Source: Bugula neritina
Lineage: Eukaryota > Animalia > Bryozoa
DNA: 64,000 nt
Assembly (NCBI GenBank): GCA_964035545.1
Contig: OZ037770.1
Location: forward strand, 5,280,729 to 5,344,728
Direction of reading: 5' to 3'
Position numbers and translations under genes: made by a program. Positions 63,828 to 64,000 of this stretch are shown here, piece by piece (the stretch's first letter is position 1; every line of letters starts with the position of its first letter). The notes beneath the pieces were generated by a model that was not told the origin of the DNA, did not search any database, and saw only the letters and a program-made list of their open reading frames with translations.

Positions 63828-64000
63828 ATGTGTTATATTACTAGCATACTGTGACATATTACTAGCATATTGTGTTATATTACTAGCATATTGTGTTATA
63901 TTACTAGCATATTGTGTTATATTACTAGCTTACTGTGTTATATTACTATCATACTGTGTTATATACTGACATACTGTGTTATATTACTAGCATATTGTGT
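63828..64000. repeat. 21-bp minisatellite running off the window edge
   Basis: tgtgttatattactagcatat units. Confidence 0.92.

Overview
AT-rich, intron-rich eukaryotic DNA, most likely from an invertebrate animal; no prokaryotic features. Five spliced genes can be assembled by eye from GT-AG sites and consistent reading phases. (1) The 3' part of a BRCA2-like gene (+, 633-11422). (2) A secreted actinoporin-like pore-forming protein (-, 12828-14618). (3) An ankyrin-repeat/coiled-coil gene with only phase-1 introns (-, ~16472-26649). (4) An orphan 9-exon single-pass membrane protein gene that the ORF track misses (+, 28016-56491); its introns hold a 12.7-kb 21-bp satellite and an intact antisense BEL/Pao LTR retrotransposon (47421-56226). 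(5) The 3' part of ABCB7/ATM1 (-, 58110-63811). The introns carry many minisatellites, tRNA-derived SINEs and MITEs. The most unusual signal is in the BEL element: it has no tRNA-type primer-binding site, but splicing a predicted 162-nt intron inside its LTR would create an 11-nt sequence complementary to the bases just after the 5' LTR, suggesting splicing-enhanced self-priming. All gene models are manual and untested against transcripts.
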